Positions 43,266 through 53,612 of a stretch of 64,000 bases of DNA are shown piece after piece. The position numbers and the translations under genes are program-made. Source of the stretch: Puniceicoccaceae bacterium (GTDB taxonomy: Bacteria > Verrucomicrobiota > Verrucomicrobiia > Opitutales > Oceanipulchritudinaceae). Location of the stretch: the NCBI GenBank assembly GCA_040830765.1, contig JBFOMH010000002.1, positions 32,001 through 96,000 on the forward strand. The letters run 5' to 3'. Each line of letters begins with the position of its first letter. The first letter of the stretch is position 1. The notes beneath the pieces were generated by a model. That model did no database searches. It was given only the letters and a program-made list of their open reading frames with translations, and was not told the DNA's origin.

Positions 43266-46200
43266 CTATTCCTCCGTATCCATGAAATCGATACGGCGGA
43301 ACCAGATATCGTTCCCGACGTCGTGCGGCGAAATGGGCCACTCGTCGCCATGGGTATACTGGTGCCAGATGGCATAGAGGCGGTTACCGGATGGATGCAT
43401 CCGAATCTGGGCATGGCCCTGATGCGGTCCACCCTGGGCCAGCCAGGGCCAACGGTAGACAGTCTCCCCGGCGTCGGGACTGGAGCTGTCGGGATTGATA
43501 TCCCAGGGCACCATCAGCCAGGTGGAACCACCATCGGTGGTCCGGGTGTAGAAGATATCCTCCTTCTCGGTGGTTTCCCCGCCCATGGGCTCGCCGATCC
43601 CATGGAGGACCTCCGCGGTGCCAAAGGCCACGTAATAGAGGCCATCGACCTGGGTATCATCCTCGGGATAGGTCTTGTTAACGGTGCTGCCGCCTTTCAT
43701 CGGCGGGACCAACCGCGGGTCGGTGACGGTGTACTTGTTGCCCTTGAGCAAGGAGACATTCCGTGCCGGCTCGAAGTCGCCCCGGCCGTAGCGGTATTGT
43801 TTCTTGCCCCAATCACCGGTTTCCGGATCGCGCTCGATGACCTCGTGAATAACTTCCTCCGGTCCGTTCGGATCGGTGGTATAGCTCTGGCCACCATCGA
43901 AGGAGCGCCGGACATAGAAGTCCATGTGATCGCCCCCGAGGCGCCCCCAGTTGGGAGTGAAGGAGAACCCGAAGACAACCGTGTCGCCGCGGATAAACCC
44001 GCGGTGTGCCTTGGCACTGGAGAACGGATTGGCGAAGGACTCATCGGTCATGTTGCCATGATACTGCTTCCATTTGCCAACCTTGTTCCAGGAATTGCCT
44101 TCGCCATCCCCTGCCCGTTCGATTGGATCCATCGACTCGACGGTGGCAGCACTCATGTTCATGTGCCGCCGATGTCCTTTCATAACCGTTTCGTCTGTCG
44201 CCTCCGCACCGGTGTCATAGCGTTGCAGGTTATCGAACTTATAGGGATTACCCGTATCACCAGGAGGAACAACACCCCGGACGACAAATACGTCCGATGG
44301 CTTTCCGTTGCCTTCGCGCCCCTGCCGGTAAGCGGCCAGCAGAACGGTGCGGCTCGCACCCATCTTGCTCTTGGGCTGGCTGATAAACCGGATCCGGCGC
44401 GCGGTTTCCGTCTTGTACTGACGGGTAATTCCAGTGCTTACCCCATCCGCATCCTTGAAGAAGATGGGGATGAGATCCCCGTTGTTGTCGAGGGCGGGCA
44501 GATTGAGGATATGACCGGCACTGATCCGATCCGGCTGATCGAACTTGAACGAGTGGTAGATGATGTTCTTGCCCTTGTCGTCCGGTTCAGGCCGTTCGGT
44601 GTCTGTATCCTCGCCATGTTCACCTTCCGGTGGAATCCCAAGGCCCTTGGTCTCCTCGTAGCCAAGGATGACCCAGCCACCGGATTGCACCTGCAGTGAT
44701 GGCCGGCAGGCTCCCGTATTCCCGTCAAGCTCGCGACCATCAGCAGTAACGGCGACGGTCTTGAGAACGCCAGGCTTGTTGATGAACTGTGTCCACCGTA
44801 AGCCGCTTGCGGGTTGATAGTCGCCCAGGACCTCTTCGTCCCAGATGTTTTCGTCACGGTCCGGACTGAGGTCAACAATCCCGAGCTCGGGCAGCTCGTA
44901 GGCATAGCGGGCCATGCCCCAGCCGCCACCGCGGCCACCATGGTCGCTATGGTCGTGGTCATGTTCATCCTCGGCTGAATCAGCCTCGGCGACATCGACC
45001 ACGGTGTCATCGCAGCCACCCTCATGCTCGTGTTCGGTGGCCTCGAAGTCTTCCTCGAGGGCCCCCATAAGCGGGATGAAGGTACCGGTGACCGGATCAA
45101 TGACCGGCAGGCCGGTTTCCGGATCCAGCTCGACCTTCAAGTTCTCGGTATTGACGACGGCGTTGTCAGAGACACGGACCGGCAGGGACATCGGCACCAG
45201 CCATTTGGGCCGGTTGGAGATCTCGGGCTGTTGTCCGTGATCATCGGGCGATTCCTCGCTGTGCTCGTCCCCGGAATGATTGGCATCGGGATCCCAGTTG
45301 ACATCTATCTTATCGAAGTCGTCGATCTTGATATAGCTGTACCAGATGTCGGTCTTCTTGTGGACGGTAGCACCGCTCCAGCCATGACCGCCACCCTTGC
45401 AGCTACCGGGAAGCAAGCCGCCCGGGTCTTCCTGCCAGGCGACCGCAAAGCCGACATTCCTCGCTCCATGCAGCATGGCGAAAAAGGCATCGCGGCGTCC
45501 GGAGGTCAGCCGTTCCGGCTTGAACCAGACCATGTCGCCGATTTCCTTTTCCGGATAATCAACGGCATTGCCTTCCCAGACCAAAACCCCACGGCAGGCC
45601 CACAAGGCGTAGTAGGGAATCTCGCCGAATCCCTGGTCGCCGACATCCTTGTCCTTGTCGTAGTCAACAGAACCCTGTCGACCCCTTACACCCCAGACGT
45701 CGTTCACGACATAGGCGTCATCATATGGATAGTCGTCGTCTCCCTTGATGGCGAAGCTGGGCTTGCCACCATGAGCGAAGGCACTGGTCCAGATAACCAT
45801 GACCTTGTCATCGACAATCTTTTGTCGCGGTCCGCGGGAATCACCCGGGAAGCGCTCACCCGACTTCAGCATGAAGGAGGATTTGCGGGCCATGTGGGAA
45901 ACGTTGAAACGCTTCCAGGTGGCTCCATCGTCCATCGAAACCGCGGTGATGATGTCCGCGCCCCGGCGGGAAATACCTGCCGAGGGATTGGGTTCCTGCT
46001 CCTCGGTGTAAGTAACGATGAGCGGCTTCACCTTGGTATGGGTGCTGATGACGTTGCCCTCTGCATCCTTGTAATCAACGAAGGTCGAATCGCCGGCGGC
46101 AGTCCTTGCCGGTACGTAGACCGGCATGATGTCCAGCTTCGGCTTGTCGACGGCATACTCCGGGCTCTTGGAGATGTTCCGGCGCATCAGTCGGGAGCCA

Positions 46201-47402
46201 ATCGCATCCTGCAACCAGGCGAGGGCGTCCTCAGGTAAGACATCCCCCAGAATGGCCAGGAGCTGATCGATTTCCTCCGTGTTGCTGAAGTCCAGAACCG
46301 TCAGGCCGAGTTCTTCCATAGCATCAGTCAGGGCCTCTTCCGATTCCTCGTTGATTTCGAGGGTCTTACTTTCCGCCTCGGCATTGTCGAGGGCGAGAAG
46401 GAGGCGCGCCAGGTTGATGACAGTCGGATCCGTGATTTCCTGCCCCGGGAAGAGATCCAAGGGAGATATCCGCTGGTTGGCCACGGCAGAGCCGATGTAG
46501 ACATCCCCAATCCAGATATCGACGGTTTCGCCGGGGAAGAAGGAGAATCCTCCCTCGGAATCCCCACCGGGTCCATGGGTCGCGGTGATATAAATCAGAC
46601 CCCGGACCGGGCCGTCAAACTGCCCGTGCGAGGGATGCTGCAGCTCATAAGTCTGGGCCAGCATGTTGTCGCTCCAGCCCGTCATTTGTCCCCCGAAGGA
46701 AACGTATTGATTATGAGCGCAGGCGTTGAAGGTCACCGGGACGATGTCCGTGGTCTTCAATTCGGCATGGACGGCCACCGTTGCCAGACGCTGGTCCAGC
46801 CACGGAACACCCCATGGACCCCATTGCAGGCCCTCGATGTCGTCCAATGGTACCACCAGGGACCATTGCTCCTGGGGTTCCTTCTTGAACTTCACCTTAT
46901 AGGGCCACTCCCCATAGTCGGGATCCACGCACAGGGCGAGGTACTCTTCCATCAAGGCGTCATACTCGCTTTCCAGACTGCTGATCGTCCCCTTAAGGAT
47001 ATCGGCTTGCTGGCTGATAGAGAGGTAGTCCGCCGATTCCGGAAGAAGCGTTGTCAACGATGTGTTGAGCGCAGTCAGCTGGGCATTCAGCCCGGCCAGC
47101 TCGGCTTCCATTTCCTTCAATGTTTCCTCATACCAGGGCGGGACCGGTTCGGGTGCCGGCTCGGTACTGAGGTAGACATTCACCTTGCTCAAGAGACAGC
47201 GGTCGGTGAACGGCTTGACGACGACATACATGTTATTGCGGTCGTTGTAGATTTCCACGGTGCCGACCCGTTCCATCGTGTGGTAGTCAACCAACTCGGC
47301 GTCCAGCATACCGACGGTGCCGTGCACGGTGACATAGTCGGCCTGGGCGGCCGGCAAAATCATCAGACACAACAGTGTGGCAGCTAATCGTGTAGTTTTC
47401 AT
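43266..47402 (-). CDS. Large secreted acidic protein (1378 aa), resembling 'choice-of-anchor O' proteins
   Basis: Signal peptide; AGGAG RBS; Asp-box-like SMDDGATW, SFDGGQSY and TTDGGSTW; KPERLTSGRRDA and WQEDP segments. Family name is recalled, not searched. Confidence 0.6.
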   Translation of the reverse strand: MKTTRLAATLLCLMILPAAQADYVTVHGTVGMLDAELVDYHTMERVGTVEIYNDRNNMYVVVKPFTDRCLLSKVNVYLSTEPAPEPVPPWYEETLKEMEAELAGLNAQLTALNTSLTTLLPESADYLSISQQADILKGTISSLESEYDALMEEYLALCVDPDYGEWPYKVKFKKEPQEQWSLVVPLDDIEGLQWGPWGVPWLDQRLATVAVHAELKTTDIVPVTFNACAHNQYVSFGGQMTGWSDNMLAQTYELQHPSHGQFDGPVRGLIYITATHGPGGDSEGGFSFFPGETVDIWIGDVYIGSAVANQRISPLDLFPGQEITDPTVINLARLLLALDNAEAESKTLEINEESEEALTDAMEELGLTVLDFSNTEEIDQLLAILGDVLPEDALAWLQDAIGSRLMRRNISKSPEYAVDKPKLDIMPVYVPARTAAGDSTFVDYKDAEGNVISTHTKVKPLIVTYTEEQEPNPSAGISRRGADIITAVSMDDGATWKRFNVSHMARKSSFMLKSGERFPGDSRGPRQKIVDDKVMVIWTSAFAHGGKPSFAIKGDDDYPYDDAYVVNDVWGVRGRQGSVDYDKDKDVGDQGFGEIPYYALWACRGVLVWEGNAVDYPEKEIGDMVWFKPERLTSGRRDAFFAMLHGARNVGFAVAWQEDPGGLLPGSCKGGGHGWSGATVHKKTDIWYSYIKIDDFDKIDVNWDPDANHSGDEHSEESPDDHGQQPEISNRPKWLVPMSLPVRVSDNAVVNTENLKVELDPETGLPVIDPVTGTFIPLMGALEEDFEATEHEHEGGCDDTVVDVAEADSAEDEHDHDHSDHGGRGGGWGMARYAYELPELGIVDLSPDRDENIWDEEVLGDYQPASGLRWTQFINKPGVLKTVAVTADGRELDGNTGACRPSLQVQSGGWVILGYEETKGLGIPPEGEHGEDTDTERPEPDDKGKNIIYHSFKFDQPDRISAGHILNLPALDNNGDLIPIFFKDADGVSTGITRQYKTETARRIRFISQPKSKMGASRTVLLAAYRQGREGNGKPSDVFVVRGVVPPGDTGNPYKFDNLQRYDTGAEATDETVMKGHRRHMNMSAATVESMDPIERAGDGEGNSWNKVGKWKQYHGNMTDESFANPFSSAKAHRGFIRGDTVVFGFSFTPNWGRLGGDHMDFYVRRSFDGGQSYTTDPNGPEEVIHEVIERDPETGDWGKKQYRYGRGDFEPARNVSLLKGNKYTVTDPRLVPPMKGGSTVNKTYPEDDTQVDGLYYVAFGTAEVLHGIGEPMGGETTEKEDIFYTRTTDGGSTWLMVPWDINPDSSSPDAGETVYRWPWLAQGGPHQGHAQIRMHPSGNRLYAIWHQYTHGDEWPISPHDVGNDIWFRRIDFMDTEE

Positions 47403-47449
47403 TTCAATACTCCTAACTTAAATTTGTGCTCATTGCTGCGGAGACGGCC

Positions 47450-48955
47450 TCAGTCGTGTGTGAACTCGAGGTCGTTATAGGGATAGTTCGTCACCAGCCA
47501 GGCTTCCTCCCCGCGTTCCGGGTTGGTCCCGTAACCAACGATGCGATCGCCGGCAGCGGATACGCCGGTGGCTTCCTTGAGGACCCAGGAGGACCCCATC
47601 AGGGATGCCTCTCCGGCACCGGTCTTGATGAGAATCTTCTCAAGATCGTACATGTAGCCGATGTACTCGTTTTCCCCACCATCCGGCAGGGTGTAGGGTC
47701 CATCGGGTTCCAGTACGGCATTGCCGGTCCAGACGAAGGCCTCCGAGGGGTAGCGGATGGTCTGGCTTGCACCGACAACCATGAGGTCGCCGGCTGTTGA
47801 ACCAGGCCGGTAGCAGATACTGCTGGCAACGCTATCGTACTTCTTCTTGGAGAGTCCGCCGATTCCCCTGACCACATAGACTTCGGTTTCCGCGGTTTCA
47901 GGATCATCTCCCATGAACCAGATACAGGCTTGCGGGCCCTTGGGGCTGTCACTGCGACCGGCAATGACGAAACCCAGGATGTCGTCAGTCTCGGTCAAGG
48001 CATAGGCTTCACACCACTGGCCGCCAGCGAGTGCCGGCAGGAGATAGCTTTCCAGAAGGGCTTCCCCGGTGGTCTCATCCACGCCCAGGAAGGTCGTGAC
48101 AAAGGCCTTGTTACCGGTCTTGGTAGCCCCATATCCGGCAATCGTCAGGCCGTCGGCGGAAACCGCTTCGGCCGAGCTTGATTGCAGGGTTTGCCCGCTA
48201 TCGTCGGTTGAGAAGTCCGTAATGGTCAGCTGTACCGGAATAGGCACGAGGTCTTCATCGACAACCAGTGTATCTGCGCGGAAGGCCACAGGGCCGGTCA
48301 TGGTATTTCCGGTACCGACGATGATTTGGCCATCAAACGAGACATCTGTGGCCACCATTTCGGAAATGCCGCCTCCGTAATCGGAAATAGCATAGAAATC
48401 CGTCCCGGGGACGAATTCCTCTCCGACACGATCCAGTACTGGGAGCAACCACTGAATGGCATAGGACACTTGCCCGACGCTGTAGGTGCCCACTGGGAAG
48501 GATCCTCCCCAGTCAAGGACGAGGTTCACCTTGTCGTAAGTGGGGACATAGGTCATATCCGAGGCCGCAAAGGCGGCACTGGGCTGGGATGGCTGGACAA
48601 GGCCGACATCCTCCTGAACTTGGAGCTCGTTGTAGAGCGGTGGAATTCCATCATCGGTGGCGATGGCCCAATCAATGTCGAGTCGCCAGGCACGGTAGAA
48701 GTCCACCACCTGGGTTGTGCCAACGGCGGTTTTCCCGTCGCGGGAAATACCCAAGGCAATGCTTGAGGTATGCGGGCCATCCATGTGCCCGAGCCGCCAG
48801 AAATAATACCCTTCAATGGGTGTTGGCGGCGGATCTTCCTCGTCTCCCGGTTTATCCGGCTTGCCGGGGATGCCCCCTTTGGCTCCAAATGCTGCGGAAC
48901 CTGCTGCCAGGACACTGAAGACGAGAATGATTATCGTGAATAATCTTAGCTTCAT
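47450..48955 (-). CDS. Secreted protein with HAF-like beta repeats
   Basis: Signal peptide; repeated A..VS.DG..I.G....AF units (ISRDGKTAVG, VSFDGQIIVG, VSADGLTIAG, VSAAGDRIVG). Confidence 0.7.
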   Translation of the reverse strand: MKLRLFTIIILVFSVLAAGSAAFGAKGGIPGKPDKPGDEEDPPPTPIEGYYFWRLGHMDGPHTSSIALGISRDGKTAVGTTQVVDFYRAWRLDIDWAIATDDGIPPLYNELQVQEDVGLVQPSQPSAAFAASDMTYVPTYDKVNLVLDWGGSFPVGTYSVGQVSYAIQWLLPVLDRVGEEFVPGTDFYAISDYGGGISEMVATDVSFDGQIIVGTGNTMTGPVAFRADTLVVDEDLVPIPVQLTITDFSTDDSGQTLQSSSAEAVSADGLTIAGYGATKTGNKAFVTTFLGVDETTGEALLESYLLPALAGGQWCEAYALTETDDILGFVIAGRSDSPKGPQACIWFMGDDPETAETEVYVVRGIGGLSKKKYDSVASSICYRPGSTAGDLMVVGASQTIRYPSEAFVWTGNAVLEPDGPYTLPDGGENEYIGYMYDLEKILIKTGAGEASLMGSSWVLKEATGVSAAGDRIVGYGTNPERGEEAWLVTNYPYNDLEFTHD

Positions 48956-49141
48956 TGTATACAGTCCTTTCGTGAAGTGTTTGCTTCATAAAAGGCGTGC
49001 GCCAATGAGGCTGAAAAGGGGACAGCGGATGCTGATTCCGCCACCAAGGACGACCATCCGAAAACAGGCATGGAGAGCGCTTCAGCTGGCTGTTCCCGGT
49101 TCCAGTCTTGATTTGCCGGCAATAATTGCCACCATGACCGC

Positions 49142-49474
49142 ATGACAACACCGACCAACGACAAGCTCTGGAATGTTCTCTGCCACCTCTCCGTCTGGCT
49201 CGGGGTAGGCATAATCCTCCCCCTGATCGTCTATCTGGTGACGAAGGACGATCCGGAATCATCCATCCCGGCCCATGCCAAGGAGAGCCTGAACTTCCAC
49301 ATCTCGATGTACATCTACGGGTTCATCAGCCTGCTGCTTTTCGTGGTTGTCATCGGCATGATTCTGCTCCCGCTGATCGCGCTGGCCACGGCCGTCCTCT
49401 CGGTCGTCGGGGCCGTCAAGGCCTCCAATGGCGAGGTCTACCAGTATCCGGCAACGATCCGGCTGGTGAAGTGA
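49142..49474 (+). CDS. DUF4870-family membrane protein
   Basis: LCHLS, PLIVYL, HAKESLNFHIS and GEVYQYP motifs. Confidence 0.85.
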   Translation: MTTPTNDKLWNVLCHLSVWLGVGIILPLIVYLVTKDDPESSIPAHAKESLNFHISMYIYGFISLLLFVVVIGMILLPLIALATAVLSVVGAVKASNGEVYQYPATIRLVK

Positions 49475-49499
49475 CCGTCGGTGACCCGGGACAGGTTCC

Positions 49500-50645
49500 C
49501 TACTGCTGGATATAGACCCAAGCGCCACTCTGGGAGACGTTCTCCCCGGGAACAAACAGCCATTGGCTGAGGCTGAAGGACCAGACGTAGGGATCGGAAT
49601 CGACCCACAGCCAGCCCATCCAGGATCCCGTATCGACGTAACCGCCGTCAACCGGCCAAAGGCCCCAGGTGGTTCCGGAAGCCCCGATGGGCTGCAGGCT
49701 GGTCACGCGGAATCCCAGCTGCATGAGCTCGGAACCGGGGGTAGTTGTCCGGACATTGCCCTCCGAGCTGATGAAGACCGGATTATCCAGGAAGGAACCG
49801 CCTGAACCAATGACCCGCTGGTTGGAGTCCTGATAAATGGTATCATTGAATTCGGTCACGTTGCCCGCCATGTCGTAGGCCCCGACAAAGGTGGTGGCAG
49901 CAGTGTAGGCCCCGACATCGGTAGGAAAGCCGGCGATGTCGGTCGGACCACCCGAGACCGCAAAGTTCAGGTTGGCACTGTTTGGATTGTCGCTGTTGGG
50001 CTCGACAAATGCCGGTTCAAGGTCACTGCGGGTCGGATAGAGCCACCAGTCGTCCGCCGGTCCGTTGGAGCTGGCATCGTAGTAGGCCGCCTTGTACCAT
50101 TCATTCTGGCTGGCCACGGCAACGCCGCCCGCGGCCCAGGCATCTGGGTTGCGGGTGACCGTGTTCGAATTGAGCGCCTGGGGATCCGTCAGGTCGTACA
50201 TGCCGGTATTGGGATCGCTGTTACCCTGGCCATTGGTCAGCCAGTTGCAGAAGGCCATGGCTTTCCAGAGGGAGAGGTAGTTGACCGGCTTGTTGGCCAT
50301 CCCCTCCTTCAATTCATAGGTGTAACTCCCCTTGGAACCGGAGCGGAGAATCCCGCCCCGCGGCTTGGCCCCCATATTGAAGCCATAAAGCCACTCGTTT
50401 TCACCGGCCGAGGCAACGGCGTTGAGAAAGGTCGCATACTGGGCATTGGTAACCTCGTAGGTCCCGATGTAATAATCGTAGGACACGGTCCCGCGCCGCA
50501 ACTCCGGAAAGTCCCCGTCTTCCGGATTGGGCGGGTTGTTGGCCCCGCCGACAAGGACCGTCTCGACTACCAGGTTGGCGAACAGGAAGAGCGGGGAGAG
50601 AAGGAAAAGGCTAAGGATCAAAGTGCGATACTGGAGACGTTTCAT
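49500..50645 (-). CDS. Secreted FGE/SUMF1-family domain protein with a Trp-rich C-terminal domain
   Basis: Signal peptide; YEVTNAQY, NEWYKAA, YDMAGNV.E and LGFRV motifs; tail WGLWPVDGGYVDTGSWMGWLWV...GAWVYIQQ. Confidence 0.85.
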   Translation of the reverse strand: MKRLQYRTLILSLFLLSPLFLFANLVVETVLVGGANNPPNPEDGDFPELRRGTVSYDYYIGTYEVTNAQYATFLNAVASAGENEWLYGFNMGAKPRGGILRSGSKGSYTYELKEGMANKPVNYLSLWKAMAFCNWLTNGQGNSDPNTGMYDLTDPQALNSNTVTRNPDAWAAGGVAVASQNEWYKAAYYDASSNGPADDWWLYPTRSDLEPAFVEPNSDNPNSANLNFAVSGGPTDIAGFPTDVGAYTAATTFVGAYDMAGNVTEFNDTIYQDSNQRVIGSGGSFLDNPVFISSEGNVRTTTPGSELMQLGFRVTSLQPIGASGTTWGLWPVDGGYVDTGSWMGWLWVDSDPYVWSFSLSQWLFVPGENVSQSGAWVYIQQ

Positions 50646-50880
50646 GGCGATACAGGTTGGATTATGACATTAGGAAAATTAATAGACTCTATAAGTGTTT
50701 GCCTAAAAACCTTATGTGCCGAGCCCCTTCCGGGGTCAAGGGATTTGCCGAGGGAGAAACCGTTTGGAAAGACATCTCCAGCTATACCCACTGGAGACTG
50801 GTGTCTGCCAACCTCCTTTTGATGCTGTATGGAAGGTATCCTCGCTAAGAGGCCTCAGTATTCAATCCGTCTCGCGGAAG

Positions 50881-51909
50881 TCACTTCCCGGAACCGGCCC
50901 TTTTCGCATTCAAGCGACGTCGGATAACAAGAATGGTGCCTAGGACAGGAAGTGCCAGCAGCCCAACTGTTGCGGGCTCCGGGACAGGATTGAATAACAG
51001 GGTGTCCAGTTCGTAGATGTTCTCCAGGTAATTATCGGGATCATATGGAGAGCCTGCTTGAGCAAGACTATACTCACGGTTCCACCAGTAATTCCCCGGA
51101 TCAGTTAAACCTTCAGTGGCTTCGAAAATGATGGGGGAGCTGGAGTTCCAGATCAATGAGTCTATCGTTTCACCAAGAATCTGGTAAGCAAAAGCAAATT
51201 CCACTGTATTGGCGTTGTTAGGATCGACCCGGGACCAGAGAATGGGGTCATCAACTGAGCCTCCGGCATCAGAATTTTTCAAGGTTCCGTCGACTGCGAT
51301 TTCATTGTCGTAGCCATTGCCGCTGGGTTCAGTAGGGCTGTCTTCGACCAATTCCGGCGATCCCAGCAAGCGATCGTCATTGGAATCATAAAACACCTTG
51401 TTAGTGCCGTCCTGACTTTTCAAATTCCAGTCGGTGTCCTTGGGATCCGTTGTCGTGTTCAGTTCGTCGACGCTGATGTCCTCCGCACTGAGTAAATATT
51501 GGCCAATCCGAATCCGGTATTGCTTATTCAGGCCTGTTTCGACGAGCTCTCCACCATCGTTTGGTTCTTCATATCGAGAGAACAGCTCAATCCGCCCGTA
51601 AATAAAGTTGTCATCATAGCCGAGCGAAGCTTCCACAATGTCCAGGCTTCCGAAATAATCCGAACCTTGGGACCCGTTGTAGAATGTCGTTTGCAATGGA
51701 CGCTCATAGAGCTCCATTTCATAGACATCGGCACCATCACCAACTTCCCAGCTCCGTTCGCCTGTCGTGGGATCCGTGGTTTTGGTCAAGCCTGTGACAA
51801 AGTCCTGTTGGGTTCCCAGATTATATATCGGGTTGGTGGGTGTATATTGACCCATCAGGCAGACAGGAAGAAAACTGATGCAGAACCACAAAGAGAGAGT
51901 ATTTTTCAT
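50881..51909 (-). CDS. PEP-CTERM sorting-signal protein
   Basis: Signal peptide; C-terminal VPEPAT plus TM plus RRR; acidic Asp/Thr/Asn-rich body. Confidence 0.9.
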   Translation of the reverse strand: MKNTLSLWFCISFLPVCLMGQYTPTNPIYNLGTQQDFVTGLTKTTDPTTGERSWEVGDGADVYEMELYERPLQTTFYNGSQGSDYFGSLDIVEASLGYDDNFIYGRIELFSRYEEPNDGGELVETGLNKQYRIRIGQYLLSAEDISVDELNTTTDPKDTDWNLKSQDGTNKVFYDSNDDRLLGSPELVEDSPTEPSGNGYDNEIAVDGTLKNSDAGGSVDDPILWSRVDPNNANTVEFAFAYQILGETIDSLIWNSSSPIIFEATEGLTDPGNYWWNREYSLAQAGSPYDPDNYLENIYELDTLLFNPVPEPATVGLLALPVLGTILVIRRRLNAKRAGSGK

Positions 51910-52071
51910 TGGTAGGAAGAGAGAACCTTATAATGTAAGGAAAAATTCTTATTAAAGTAAATAAAAAATTTAAGAATAATGAGTATTTTACCTTAGACTA
52001 TTGCAGGAGTAACCTAAATTGACTAAAGCAGCAGGTTGGCGGTAAACCCGAAGTCGAGCCATGCTGCCCCT

Positions 52072-53607
52072 ATGCTCTCCACCGTCCATTCCGGGGCCCT
52101 GATGGGGATTGAGGCCTGGCCGGTGACGGTGGAGGTCAATACCGGGGAATGTGGCGAGCCGAATCCGGTCGTGGTGGGGATGGCCAGTACGGCGGTGAAG
52201 GAGAGCAAGGACCGGGTCTGGGCGGCGATTGCCAACAGCCGCTACACCCTGCCGCAGAAGCGGACGGTAATCAACCTCGCCCCGGGGCATTTGCGGAAGG
52301 AAGGGGCGCTCTATGACCTGCCGATCGCTCTCGGGGTCTTGCAGGCAACGAGCCAGCTGAGCCCGCAGGGACTGGGAGATTACCTTGTCGCCGGTGAGCT
52401 AAGCTTGTCCGGGGAAGTCCGACCGGTCCGCGGTGGTCTTGCCCTGGCCGTCTGTGCCCACGCGGAAGGAAAGAAGGGATTACTCCTGCCCCCGAAGACA
52501 GCCGAGGAGGCAGCCCTGATGGGAGATGTGGATGTCTATGCCATTTCCTCGATGGATGCAGCCTGCGCCTTTCTCGAGGGACGCCATGTCCTCAAGCCGC
52601 TGAAGAAACGTTTCTCCACGGCTATCCCGTCGGCGGCTACTGACGGAACCGACTTCTCCGACGTGAAGGGTCAACAGGCCGTCCGGCGGGCGGTCGAGGT
52701 AGCAGCGGCGGGGGGGCATAATCTCTTGATGCTGGGTCCGCCAGGTTCTGGAAAGTCAATGATGGCCAAGCGGATTTCGACCATCCTGCCACCTTTGCGG
52801 GAAGCGGAATATCTGGACATCCTGCGCATTTACTCCGCCTCGGGCAAAACCCTGAACGGGGAGGCGGTGACGGCGCTGCGTCCCTTCCGCAGTCCCCACC
52901 ACACGATCAGTGACGTCGGGCTGATTGGCGGGGGGACCATTCCCGGGCCGGGGGAAATCTCCCTTGCGCACCATGGGGTTCTCTTTCTTGACGAGTTGCC
53001 GGAGTTCAAGCGCGGTGCCCTGGAGGTGCTGCGCCAGCCGCTGGAGGATGGAGCGGTGACCATTTCCCGAAGCGCCGGCAAGGTGACGCTGCCCGCTTCC
53101 TTCATGCTGGTCAGCGCCATGAATCCCTGCCCCTGCGGCTACCTTGGCGATTCGCGGAACCGGTGCCAGTGCACGGCCCTGCAAATCCAGCGCTACCGTT
53201 CGCGGGTCAGCGGTCCCCTGCTCGACCGGATCGACATCCATGTCGAGGCACCGGCCCTCAGCATCGAGGAGCTGCGGCAAAAGAATCCGGGCGAGTCCTC
53301 CCTGGCCATGCGTGAACGGGTCGCCGCCGCCATGGAGCGCCAGGCAAGCCGCTTCGCGGACAGCCCGCCGGGCATTCCCCGGGTCAACGCCCGGATGTCC
53401 CATGCCCGTATCCGGCAACATTGCCGGCTGGACGGAAACCTCGGCGACCTCCTGCAGCAGGCCATGAAGCGCCTCCGCCTCAGCGCCCGGGCCTACGACC
53501 GCATCCTCAAGGTGTCCCGGACCATCGCCGATTTGGAAGGTAGCGATAAAATCGCGACATCCCACCTGATGGAGGCCATCCACTACCGCAGCCTCGATCG
53601 GGAATAG
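52072..53607 (+). CDS. comM: YifB/ComM-family Mg-chelatase-like AAA ATPase
   Basis: [34 protein letters not shown] and SGPLLDRID motifs. Confidence 0.93.
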   Translation: MLSTVHSGALMGIEAWPVTVEVNTGECGEPNPVVVGMASTAVKESKDRVWAAIANSRYTLPQKRTVINLAPGHLRKEGALYDLPIALGVLQATSQLSPQGLGDYLVAGELSLSGEVRPVRGGLALAVCAHAEGKKGLLLPPKTAEEAALMGDVDVYAISSMDAACAFLEGRHVLKPLKKRFSTAIPSAATDGTDFSDVKGQQAVRRAVEVAAAGGHNLLMLGPPGSGKSMMAKRISTILPPLREAEYLDILRIYSASGKTLNGEAVTALRPFRSPHHTISDVGLIGGGTIPGPGEISLAHHGVLFLDELPEFKRGALEVLRQPLEDGAVTISRSAGKVTLPASFMLVSAMNPCPCGYLGDSRNRCQCTALQIQRYRSRVSGPLLDRIDIHVEAPALSIEELRQKNPGESSLAMRERVAAAMERQASRFADSPPGIPRVNARMSHARIRQHCRLDGNLGDLLQQAMKRLRLSARAYDRILKVSRTIADLEGSDKIATSHLMEAIHYRSLDRE

Positions 53608-53612
53608 TCAAA

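Noticed and set aside
50650..50880. Riboswitch or sRNA between the FGE-like and PEP-CTERM genes (TCTCCAG...CTGGAGA hairpin)
   Set aside because: No match to riboswitch cores I recognise; a single short hairpin is insufficient.
41148..52000. Integrative element or prophage at tRNA-Ala
   Set aside because: No integrase or phage genes and no duplicated tRNA 3' end noticed by eye.
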